A stretch of DNA of 33,786 nt from Acutalibacteraceae bacterium (GTDB taxonomy: Bacteria; Bacillota; Clostridia; Oscillospirales; Acutalibacteraceae). The notes beneath the pieces were generated by a model, which saw only the letters and a program-made list of their open reading frames with translations, did not search any database and had not been told where the DNA came from. Made by a program: the position numbers and the translations under genes. Positions 18,580-26,081 of the stretch are shown here, in pieces (the first letter of the stretch is position 1; each line of letters begins with the position of its first letter). The stretch covers positions 1 through 33,786 of the forward strand of contig JAZOBW010000071.1 of the NCBI GenBank assembly GCA_045596185.1. The letters run 5' to 3'.

Positions 18580-18582
18580 AAT

Positions 18583-18614
18583 AAAATCCTCCACTGTAGT
18601 GGAGGATTTTATTT
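18583..18614. terminator. Bidirectional terminator between the nuclease gene (+) and the SBP gene (-)
   Basis: aaaatcctccac (18583-18594), tgta loop, gtggaggatttt (18599-18610). It is flanked by A- and T-runs. Confidence 0.85.
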
Positions 18615-20098
18615 TACTCGTACTTTTCTATAAATGAAAAGTCGATATATCCGTTTTGGGGTTCGATAGAAATGTTTTTCAGGCCTTCATCAAATGCAAA
18701 ATTTGTACTTTCAAAAGCAAAGGGGGCAAGCGTATTATCCTTAAGCAATTCCTGCTGAACGGTAGCGGGATCGCCGCTATACTGACCGAAATTCTGAAGA
18801 TATTCCGATACAGATGTACTTTGCGCCTTTACGGGAAACACGGCAAACTGAAGGGTGCGTTCACCGAGTTCCGAGTTTAATGTTTCAAGTGAATCGGAAG
18901 GTTTAATATTTACAAACGCACTTACATTCTGCTGCCAATGACCCATAAGTGCCGTTACCGCAGGTTTTATAAATTCATTATCGTAGTAATAAAGGGTTGA
19001 TGCAGGAAACTTCTTATCCTCAAGCGATGACACCGCACCGGAGAAAACCGATTTTGCCGCAAACGCATCATAAGGCGTTACACCAACGCCGTTTGCTGAA
19101 CCGTTTATACCAACAATTATATCGGGGTAGAGAGAATCTGCCGCCGTAAAGCCGGCCGGCAATTGTTCGGAATAAATATCCGCAGAACGCAGCATCAAAA
19201 GCGACCTGCGTATATCCGCCGTGTATTCACGGCTTAGTGTAAGAACCCAGCAGATATTCTGTATACTTTCAATCTGCATACCGCCCTTACTTGCATCGGA
19301 TATTTCGTTACTGGGTAAAAAGGCGGCATCTACGCTGTTTTTTTCAAGCAACTGATAGGGCGTTTCCTCTTGATTGCAGGAAAGAAAGACCGCCGCATTT
19401 GATGCAACAAAATCGCCGTTATACTCCTCATTTTTATAAAGGCGTATACCGAAATCTTCTTTGTTCCACTTTGTTATTCTATATGAACCGTTAGACAAAA
19501 TATACTCGCTTTCAAGGCCGTATCTACCGGTAGCATCCTCGAAAAACTCTTCATTACAAGGCATACATATAGAGGTTGTAAGGGTTTCTTTGAAATTATC
19601 GTCCTCACGGCAAAGGGTTATTACCAGTGTCTTTTCATCGACCGCTGTTACTCCCAGTTCGGACGGATCCATTGAACTTTCATATATTTCCTTTGCATTT
19701 GATATTGCAAAAAGACGGCTTACAAAAGGTGCCTTGGTTTGCGGCGTTACCGCACGTCTTAAGCCGAATACAAAGTCGGCCGCGGTAAGCGGTGTGCCGT
19801 CACTCCAGCGGGCATCCTGCCTTATTGTAAATGTATAGGCAAGACCGCTAACCTGCACATCTTCGCAGACACCGTAAACAATTTCACCCGAAGCATCCCT
19901 TCGAAAAAGCCCTTCATAAATATTGCGCACAATAAGAAGTTCGGAATCAGTAGACGCCGTTTGTGCATCAAGAACTGCGGGTTTTTCGTTAACTTCAAAA
20001 TATATATATGCATCCTTGTGATTATCGCCGCATCCCACCGCCGAAGCAGCAAGAAACAAGCACATCACTACTGAAAGCAAACGGTATAAAAACTTCAT
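18614..20098 (-). CDS. ABC transporter substrate-binding lipoprotein, family 5 (peptide/nickel, OppA-like), with no adjacent permease or ATPase genes
   Basis: The start is set at the ATG at 20098 (MKFLYRLLSVVMCLFLAASAVGCG: signal peptide plus lipobox) after the RBS GGGAG. The family-5 SBP-like core includes ARWSDGTPLTAADFVF. Confidence 0.8.
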   Translation of the reverse strand: MKFLYRLLSVVMCLFLAASAVGCGDNHKDAYIYFEVNEKPAVLDAQTASTDSELLIVRNIYEGLFRRDASGEIVYGVCEDVQVSGLAYTFTIRQDARWSDGTPLTAADFVFGLRRAVTPQTKAPFVSRLFAISNAKEIYESSMDPSELGVTAVDEKTLVITLCREDDNFKETLTTSICMPCNEEFFEDATGRYGLESEYILSNGSYRITKWNKEDFGIRLYKNEEYNGDFVASNAAVFLSCNQEETPYQLLEKNSVDAAFLPSNEISDASKGGMQIESIQNICWVLTLSREYTADIRRSLLMLRSADIYSEQLPAGFTAADSLYPDIIVGINGSANGVGVTPYDAFAAKSVFSGAVSSLEDKKFPASTLYYYDNEFIKPAVTALMGHWQQNVSAFVNIKPSDSLETLNSELGERTLQFAVFPVKAQSTSVSEYLQNFGQYSGDPATVQQELLKDNTLAPFAFESTNFAFDEGLKNISIEPQNGYIDFSFIEKYE

Positions 20099-20128
20099 TT
20101 GTACTACTCCCAAAAACTTTATGGATTC

Positions 20129-20157
20129 ATTATAAAACAAACCGTAGTTTATTTCAA
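20129..20157 (-). promoter_or_regulatory. SigA-type promoter for the SBP gene (TTGAAA-17-TATAAT on the minus strand)
   Basis: Reverse complement of tttcaa (20152-20157) and attata (20129-20134) with a 17-nt spacer. Confidence 0.55.
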
Positions 20158-20187
20158 CAATAAAAAATAAACTGTAAAGAATAAAAC

Positions 20188-20216
20188 TTGACATATAGAA
20201 TGTATGGTGTTATAAT
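20188..20216 (+). promoter_or_regulatory. SigA-type promoter for ylxM-ffh (TTGACA-17-TATAAT with an extended -10 TG)
   Basis: ttgaca at 20188-20193 and tataat at 20211-20216, preceded by tgt. Confidence 0.65.
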
Positions 20217-20254
20217 ATCGGCTGTAAAGATTTTTCCTTGACAGGAGAACGGAT

Positions 20255-20557
20255 ATGGCTAAAGATTGGTATATATCTGCCCTTTTGGATGTTTATGGCG
20301 AATTTTTAAGCGAAAAACAGCGCGATCTGGTTGCCCTTTACTACAACGACGACCTTACGCTTAGCGAAATTGCAGAAAACGAAGGCATAACCAGACAGGG
20401 TGCTTCCGACCTTATCAGACGCGCCGAACAGCAACTTTTGCGTTTTGAAGAAAAATGCGGTTACTGCAAAAATTTTATGCGGCTTAAACAGATTTGCGAA
20501 AATCAGCATCCGGAGGAAAACCTTGACGAAATAATATCTATTATCAACGATTTATAA
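20255..20557 (+). CDS. ylxM: UPF0122/YlxM putative DNA-binding protein (sigma region-4-like), upstream of ffh
   Basis: 100 aa with LSEKQRDLVALYYNDDLTLSEIAENEGITRQGASDLIRRA. Conserved position directly before ffh. Confidence 0.9.
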   Translation: MAKDWYISALLDVYGEFLSEKQRDLVALYYNDDLTLSEIAENEGITRQGASDLIRRAEQQLLRFEEKCGYCKNFMRLKQICENQHPEENLDEIISIINDL

Positions 20558-20570
20558 GGAGTGTGAAATC

Positions 20571-21920
20571 ATGGCTTTTGATGCCCTTTCCGATAAGTTG
20601 AACGGCATATTCAAAAAACTTCGCTCACGCGGAAAATTAAGCGAATCCGATGTTAAAACAGCGATGCGAGAAGTGCGTCTTGCCCTTCTTGAAGCCGATG
20701 TTAACTACAAAGTTGCCAAAGATTTCACCAATAAAGTAGCCGAAAAATGCATCGGTGAAAATGTTATGGAAAGCCTCACCGCCGCACAAACGGTAATTAA
20801 AATCGTTCGCGAAGAACTTACCGAACTGATGGGTAGCGATCAGGCGCGTCTTAAAACATCATCAAAACTTCCCACCGTTATTATGATGTGCGGTCTGCAG
20901 GGCTCGGGTAAAACCACCCACTCTGCAAAACTTGCAAAATATCTTAAATCAAAGGGTCACCGCCCGATGCTGGTAGCCTGCGATATCTATCGCCCTGCCG
21001 CCATAGAACAGTTGAAGGTGGTAGGTGCCGCAGTAGACACCCCCGTTTTTGACAAGGGTACACAATCCCCCGAAAAAACCGCTAAAGAAGCGATTGCATA
21101 CGCCAGAGATTACGGTTACGACTTTGTAATTCTGGATACCGCAGGACGACTTCATATAGATACAGAACTGATGGACGAGCTGCGCCGCATAACCGAAACG
21201 GTAGAGGTTCACAACATTCTTCTTGTTGTTGACTCGATGGTGGGTCAGGATGCGGTAAATATCGCCAAATCTTTCGATGAAATACTTGCTATCGACGGTG
21301 TTATCCTTACCAAACTTGACGGTGATACGCGCGGCGGTGCCGCACTTTCGGTCAGAGCAGTAACCGGCAAACCCATTATGTTTACCGGTGTGGGCGAAAA
21401 ACTTGACCAACTTGATGAATTTCACCCCGACCGTATGGCAACAAGAATTCTCGGTATGGGCGATGTCCTTTCCCTTATAGAAAAGGTTGAAAATGAGATC
21501 GACGAGAAAAAAGCCGAAGAAACCGCCAAAAGACTTCAGGAAAACAAATTTGATATGAACGATCTGCTTGACCAGTTCCAACAGATAAAGAAAATGGGCA
21601 GTCTTAAAAATCTGCTTTCGATGATTCCGGGAATGGAAAGACAGATACGCGATGTTGACATCGACGACCGCCAGATGCTTAGGGTTGAAGCGATAATTCA
21701 GTCGATGACCAAAAAAGAACGCTCTAAACCTGATATTATAAACGCTTCAAGAAAGCGCCGTATCGCTGCCGGTTCCGGCATGAGTGTTGAAGATGTAAAC
21801 CGTCTTTTAAGGCAGTACGAACAGATGAAAAAGATGTTCAAGCAGATGAATTCCAAGGGTGGCAAACGCAAGATGATGCGTGGCATTAAACCCGGCAATT
21901 TCGGCAATTTTGGTTTTTAA
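20571..21920 (+). CDS. ffh: Signal recognition particle protein Ffh
   Basis: GLQGSGKTT P-loop, DTAGRL, TKLDGDTRGGAAL and a Met-rich C-terminal M domain. Confidence 0.97.
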   Translation: MAFDALSDKLNGIFKKLRSRGKLSESDVKTAMREVRLALLEADVNYKVAKDFTNKVAEKCIGENVMESLTAAQTVIKIVREELTELMGSDQARLKTSSKLPTVIMMCGLQGSGKTTHSAKLAKYLKSKGHRPMLVACDIYRPAAIEQLKVVGAAVDTPVFDKGTQSPEKTAKEAIAYARDYGYDFVILDTAGRLHIDTELMDELRRITETVEVHNILLVVDSMVGQDAVNIAKSFDEILAIDGVILTKLDGDTRGGAALSVRAVTGKPIMFTGVGEKLDQLDEFHPDRMATRILGMGDVLSLIEKVENEIDEKKAEETAKRLQENKFDMNDLLDQFQQIKKMGSLKNLLSMIPGMERQIRDVDIDDRQMLRVEAIIQSMTKKERSKPDIINASRKRRIAAGSGMSVEDVNRLLRQYEQMKKMFKQMNSKGGKRKMMRGIKPGNFGNFGF

Positions 21921-21968
21921 GGTTATCCTTAATAATATAATAATTATTTTATTTGGAGGTGTTTTCGA

Positions 21969-22211
21969 ATGGCAGTTAAGATCAGACTTCGCAGAATGGG
22001 CGCTAAAAAGGCTCCTTTCTACCGTGTAGTTGTTGCTGATTCCCGCTATCCCCGTGACGGTCGTTTCATCGAGGAGATCGGTTATTATGATCCGACCAAA
22101 AATCCCGCCGATGTAAGCATTGACGCTGAAAAGGCAAAGAAGTGGATCGGCAACGGTGCTCAGCCTACCGATACCGTTAAGGCTTTGCTCAAGAAGAACG
22201 GCGTTCTCTAA
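21969..22211 (+). CDS. rpsP: 30S ribosomal protein S16
   Basis: [26 protein letters not shown] is a canonical S16 N-terminus. Confidence 0.97.
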   Translation: MAVKIRLRRMGAKKAPFYRVVVADSRYPRDGRFIEEIGYYDPTKNPADVSIDAEKAKKWIGNGAQPTDTVKALLKKNGVL

Positions 22212-22232
22212 TATTTTTTCAGGAGTACAGGT

Positions 22233-22466
22233 ATGAAAGAACTTCTAATTGCTATTGCTGCCGGACTCGTTGAAAATCCGGACGCAGTAACAGCCACAGT
22301 AGACGAACCCAACGAAGAGGGTGTGACTGTCTACCACCTGCATGTCGCTGAAAATGATGTCGGCAGAGTTATCGGTAAACAGGGTCGTATCGCTAAGGCT
22401 ATCCGCGTTGTAATGCGCGCTGCCGCAAATCGTAACGACCAAAAGATTGCTGTGGAAATCGATTAA
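22233..22466 (+). CDS. khpA: KH-domain RNA-binding protein (YlqC/KhpA family)
   Basis: 77 aa with a GxxG motif in VIGKQGRIAKAIR. Conserved position between rpsP and rimM. Confidence 0.85.
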   Translation: MKELLIAIAAGLVENPDAVTATVDEPNEEGVTVYHLHVAENDVGRVIGKQGRIAKAIRVVMRAAANRNDQKIAVEID

Positions 22467-22470
22467 ATGT

Positions 22471-22496
22471 AATACCCCCGCATTTGTGGGGGTATT
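22471..22496 (+). other. Stable hairpin between khpA and rimM, a possible intra-operon attenuator or processing site
   Basis: aataccccc (22471-22479), 8-nt loop, gggggtatt (22488-22496). No T-run follows. Confidence 0.35.
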
Positions 22497-22532
22497 GACA
22501 TATTTAGGCTATATTAGGCTGATGAGGATATT

Positions 22533-23045
22533 ATGAAAAAAGAATTTCTTGAAACAGGAAAAATCGTGGGTACGCACGGTGTTCGCGGAATGGTGCGTAT
22601 TCAACCTTGGTCCGACAGTTGCGAATTTTTGTCGGATTTCAGAACACTTTATCTTGACGAAGGAAAAAATTCCGTTAAAATTAAAAAGATTCAACCCCAC
22701 GGCAGAATAGTTATCGCTCTGTTCGACGGTATCGACACCATCGAGCAGGCCGAAACACTGCGCGGCAAGATACTTTACATCAAGCGTGACGATGCACATC
22801 TGCCCCAAGGCAGATATTTCATTGAAGAACTTATCGGATGCAAAGTTTTACACGCTGATACCAAGGAAACGCTGGGTATTTTAAGCGATGTTTCCCCCAC
22901 CGGCGCAAACGATGTATGGCATATTACCCGTGACGGTCGTGAATATCTGGTTCCTGCTATCGACGAGGTTATATCCGATATCGATATCGACAGCGAAACC
23001 ATCATTATTAAACCCTTAAGGGGGATCTTTGACGATGCGGATTGA
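22533..23045 (+). CDS. rimM: 16S rRNA processing protein RimM
   Basis: GKIVGTHGVRGMVRI N-terminus and a C-terminal PRC-barrel-like region. Lies upstream of trmD and overlaps it. Confidence 0.93.
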   Translation: MKKEFLETGKIVGTHGVRGMVRIQPWSDSCEFLSDFRTLYLDEGKNSVKIKKIQPHGRIVIALFDGIDTIEQAETLRGKILYIKRDDAHLPQGRYFIEELIGCKVLHADTKETLGILSDVSPTGANDVWHITRDGREYLVPAIDEVISDIDIDSETIIIKPLRGIFDDAD

Positions 23046-23757
23046 TATAATGACACTCTTCCCCGAAATGTGTGAAACGGTTATGAACGAAAGTATAATC
23101 GGAAGAGCACAAAAGGCAGGTAAGGTGGAAATACACTGCACAAATATCCGTGATTTTGCAGGTAATAAACACAATAAGGTAGATGATATGCCCTATGGCG
23201 GCGGAATGGGTATGGTTATGGCGGCATCTCCCATATACGACTGTTATAAAAGTTTATACACCGAAGACGAGCCTAAACCGCACCTTATATATATGTCTCC
23301 GAAGGGTAAAACACTCGACCAGAGTAGGGTTGTGGAACTGGCCGCACTTGACAGAATAGTTCTACTGTGCGGACATTATGAAGGAATAGACGAGCGTGTT
23401 ATCGAAGAAATAGTAGACGAAGAAATTTCTATCGGTGACTATGTACTGACCGGCGGTGAACTACCTGCACTTGTTCTGGCAGATGCGGTCTGCAGAATGT
23501 TGCCTGGTGTTCTGGCAGACGATTCCTGCTTTGAAGAGGAAAGCCACTTTGCCGGAACGCTTGAATACCCACAGTATACACGGCCTGCCGAATGGCACGG
23601 TAAATCAGTGCCCGATGTGCTTCTTTCGGGACACCACGCAGAAATTATGAAATGGCGCAGGAAACAGTCTCTTCTGATAACCAAACAGCGCCGCCCCGAT
23701 ATGTTTGAACGCATAGAACTTGATAAAACGGATAAAAAACTTTTGGGCATTGAGTAG
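23035..23757 (+). CDS. trmD: tRNA (guanine37-N1)-methyltransferase
   Basis: The start is set at the ATG at 23035 (MRIDIMTLFPEM) after the RBS AAGGGGGA. Motifs CGHYEGIDERV and SIGDYVLTGGELPA are present. Confidence 0.95.
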   Translation: MRIDIMTLFPEMCETVMNESIIGRAQKAGKVEIHCTNIRDFAGNKHNKVDDMPYGGGMGMVMAASPIYDCYKSLYTEDEPKPHLIYMSPKGKTLDQSRVVELAALDRIVLLCGHYEGIDERVIEEIVDEEISIGDYVLTGGELPALVLADAVCRMLPGVLADDSCFEEESHFAGTLEYPQYTRPAEWHGKSVPDVLLSGHHAEIMKWRRKQSLLITKQRRPDMFERIELDKTDKKLLGIE

Positions 23758-23903
23758 GCTGTTGCATATAATGTTAGAGACATAAAATACATTTTTGATG
23801 TCAAAATTTCCAAAAAGTCCCATTTATCATCATCATTTTAACCAAATCCGATGTTCAATTTTAATAAAAAGTTGAACAAATATTAGAAATTATAACTAAA
23901 AGA

Positions 23904-23931
23904 TTGACGATTTCGAGAAATGTGGTATAAT
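23904..23931 (+). promoter_or_regulatory. SigA-type promoter for ptsH (TTGACG-16-TATAAT)
   Basis: ttgacg at 23904-23909 and tataat at 23926-23931, with TG dinucleotides just upstream at 23921-23924. Confidence 0.6.
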
Positions 23932-23978
23932 ATGCATATCGGTTTCCCGATTCATTTCTTTATGAGGAGTTTTATTGA

Positions 23979-24242
23979 ATGTGTGTTAAAGATGTAGTTA
24001 TCCAGAATCAGGTTGGTCTTCATGCCCGTCCTGCCACTTTCTTCATCCAGAAAGCAAATGAATATAAGTCCTCAATTTGGGTTGAGAAGGATGAACGCAA
24101 GGTCAACGCAAAAAGTTTGCTTGGTGTTCTTTCTCTTGGCATCGAAGGCGGCGCTGCTATCAAAATTATTGTTGACGGCACCGATGAAAAGGAAGCCCTT
24201 GCAGATCTCGTTGCTCTTGTTGAGTCGGGCTTTGCTGACTAA
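23979..24242 (+). CDS. ptsH: Phosphocarrier protein HPr
   Basis: 87 aa. GLHARPA provides the active-site His, and NAKSLLGVLSLG provides the regulatory Ser46 context. Confidence 0.92.
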   Translation: MCVKDVVIQNQVGLHARPATFFIQKANEYKSSIWVEKDERKVNAKSLLGVLSLGIEGGAAIKIIVDGTDEKEALADLVALVESGFAD

Positions 24243-24252
24243 TTAAAAACCA

Positions 24253-24280
24253 TCCGAACTGCACACCGTTGCAGTTCGGA
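24253..24280 (+). other. Hairpin between ptsH and the tRNA, a possible processing site or weak terminator
   Basis: tccgaactgc, 7-8 nt loop, gcagttcgga. No T-run follows. Confidence 0.35.
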
Positions 24281-24294
24281 TACATATCACATAT

Positions 24295-24370
24295 CCGGGT
24301 GTGGCGCAGTTGGTAGCGTGCTTGACTGGGGGTCAAGAGGCCGCAGGTTCAAGTCCTGTCACTCGGACCA
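24295..24370 (+). tRNA. tRNA-Pro (anticodon GGG) with encoded CCA
   Basis: Manual cloverleaf. Acceptor ccgggtg/cactcgg. D-arm gcgc-agttggta-gcgt. Anticodon stem cttga/tcaag with loop cT-GGG-gg. T-arm gcagg-ttcaagt-cctgt. Discriminator A plus CCA. Confidence 0.85.
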
Positions 24371-24374
24371 AAAA

Positions 24375-24406
24375 CAGTGTCGACCATCTGGTCGGTGCTG
24401 TTTTTT
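24375..24406 (+). terminator. Rho-independent terminator after tRNA-Pro
   Basis: cagtgtcgacc, atct loop, ggtcggtgctg (stem includes G-U pairs), followed by tttttt (24401-24406). Confidence 0.7.
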
Positions 24407-24521
24407 GATTTTGAACAAGAATTTTTTATTAAAACCTATAAGTCTTTACCTGTCATCGCACCCTATGTGCAAATACCGAAATCTGCATTTCTCTTATATA
24501 AAAACGAGGTGATGTATTACT

Positions 24522-26021
24522 ATGCTGAAAAAAGAAAAAATCAGCAAATATCTGAACGCTTTTCTGAATTTATTTGCTGTTTCTCTTCCGTTGTTACTGT
24601 GCCGATTTATCAGCGGCGGAAGAATAATGCAATGGTTTACACCATTCGCCGTTTTTGGTGACGAGACCGGCTATTTCAGGGTTACGAAATCATTTGTAGA
24701 AGCGAAAGGATATTTCGGAAACTACGGTGTTACCCTTGGCAGTGATGTTGCCGCAAACTTCGGCGGTTTTTCAGCGCACGGGCCAAAATACATCTGGCTT
24801 TACGGTGTTTTAGGAAAACTATTCGGTTGGGAACTGTACAGTATTCTGGTATTCAATATCATTATTCTTACCATCGCTGTGGCTGTTTTCCTTTATCTTG
24901 TGAAATTTAACAACAAGCAACTTATCTGCTTCTCGGCGCTTTTCGTTTCCTTCTTCCCGATGCTTTATTTCCTGATATCCGGAATGGTGGAGACCCTGCA
25001 CTTCGCATTTATTCTTATTTTTATGGGTCTGTTTTACCGTTTTTATCAGACAAGAAGCATCAAATGGTATGCCCTTTCATTCCTTTTTGTGTTTTTCCTT
25101 GTCTTCTTCAGAATAAATTATTTTATTCTGTTCTTCCCCCTTATCATTCTTTACAGACAGAAAAACATCAAGATGACCGTTATCGATTCGGTCGTAGCGC
25201 TTATACTAAGTGCATTTTCCTACATCTTTATCGGGCAGTTCAGTGCGCCCTATCCTTCTTATCTGGACGACATTATCGGAGCACTTAAATCTTTTGATAT
25301 CTTCGGTATGTTCGGTATAGTATTTTCTCATGCAGGAGCACAGTTGAAATCCTTCTTTGTCGGAAGCGGTGATTCGATATTTGAAACCGTGTTCAAATAT
25401 TGCTATATTATCGTAATGATATTTACAGCGGTACTCGGTATAATAAAGGCACGAAAAGAAAAGAAATTCAATCTTATGCTTTTCAGTTCAATAATAATGT
25501 TTGCCGAATTTATCATTGTTATATTCCTGTATGAATTCCAGTATTTCAGAGGTTTCAGAACGCTGTCGGTATTCTTGTTCATACCCTTTATATGTGCGAT
25601 ACTCAAAAACAGAAAAGTTGCATATATTATGTGCGCACTGCTAGTTATAGTGAATGTTTCGGTATCTTCGTTCTATCAGACCTATAAAAGTCAGGCCACC
25701 AATCTGTATAGTCCCAATTCACCGATAACTATGCAGAACGAAGTTGATGAACTGTTCACGCATATCCCCTGTGACACCAGCGGCGACAGATGGAAAAATA
25801 CCATAGCCATACACAACAGACAGACCTATACCAGCAGCGTTATGTTCGGCTTCCCCGGATATGCAGGAATGAACTATGTGCTATCGGAAGATTTTTCAAA
25901 AATATCAAAATGTCAATACATTTTAGCAGACAGTGACGAAATCGAAGATTCAATAAATAAAGACCTTTACGAAAAGGTTTGCGACAGTGCTTTCGGTGTG
26001 CTGTACAGCAAAACAAAATAA
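24522..26021 (+). CDS. Polytopic integral membrane protein, possibly a GT-C-fold glycosyltransferase; function unknown
   Basis: 499 aa with RBS GAGGTGA. About 11-12 hydrophobic segments are followed by a soluble C-terminal tail of roughly 110 aa. An acidic DE pair (FGDETGYF) lies in the first loop. Confidence 0.45.
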   Translation: MLKKEKISKYLNAFLNLFAVSLPLLLCRFISGGRIMQWFTPFAVFGDETGYFRVTKSFVEAKGYFGNYGVTLGSDVAANFGGFSAHGPKYIWLYGVLGKLFGWELYSILVFNIIILTIAVAVFLYLVKFNNKQLICFSALFVSFFPMLYFLISGMVETLHFAFILIFMGLFYRFYQTRSIKWYALSFLFVFFLVFFRINYFILFFPLIILYRQKNIKMTVIDSVVALILSAFSYIFIGQFSAPYPSYLDDIIGALKSFDIFGMFGIVFSHAGAQLKSFFVGSGDSIFETVFKYCYIIVMIFTAVLGIIKARKEKKFNLMLFSSIIMFAEFIIVIFLYEFQYFRGFRTLSVFLFIPFICAILKNRKVAYIMCALLVIVNVSVSSFYQTYKSQATNLYSPNSPITMQNEVDELFTHIPCDTSGDRWKNTIAIHNRQTYTSSVMFGFPGYAGMNYVLSEDFSKISKCQYILADSDEIEDSINKDLYEKVCDSAFGVLYSKTK

Positions 26022-26035
26022 ATATCAATATTAAA

Positions 26036-26074
26036 AAAATGTGTCTTAAAGCGTTCGCTTTAAGACACATTTTA
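26036..26074. terminator. Bidirectional terminator (copy 1 of the atgtgtcttaa..ttaagacacat hairpin)
   Basis: atgtgtcttaaagcg (26039-26053), tt loop, cgctttaagacacat (26056-26070). It is flanked by A- and T-runs. Confidence 0.85.
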
Positions 26075-26081
26075 TTTTATT

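Noticed and set aside
23795-23875. 25-codon ORF (MSKFPKSPIYHHHFNQIRCSILIKS) in the trmD-ptsH spacer, considered as a possible rplS remnant or micropeptide
   Set aside because: It has no RBS and no resemblance to L19, and the region is A+T-rich. It is most likely non-coding.
24318-24661. ORFs at 24318-24512 and 24377-24661 overlapping the tRNA-Pro and its terminator
   Set aside because: They overlap a well-folding tRNA and an intrinsic terminator, and have no RBS. They are spurious.
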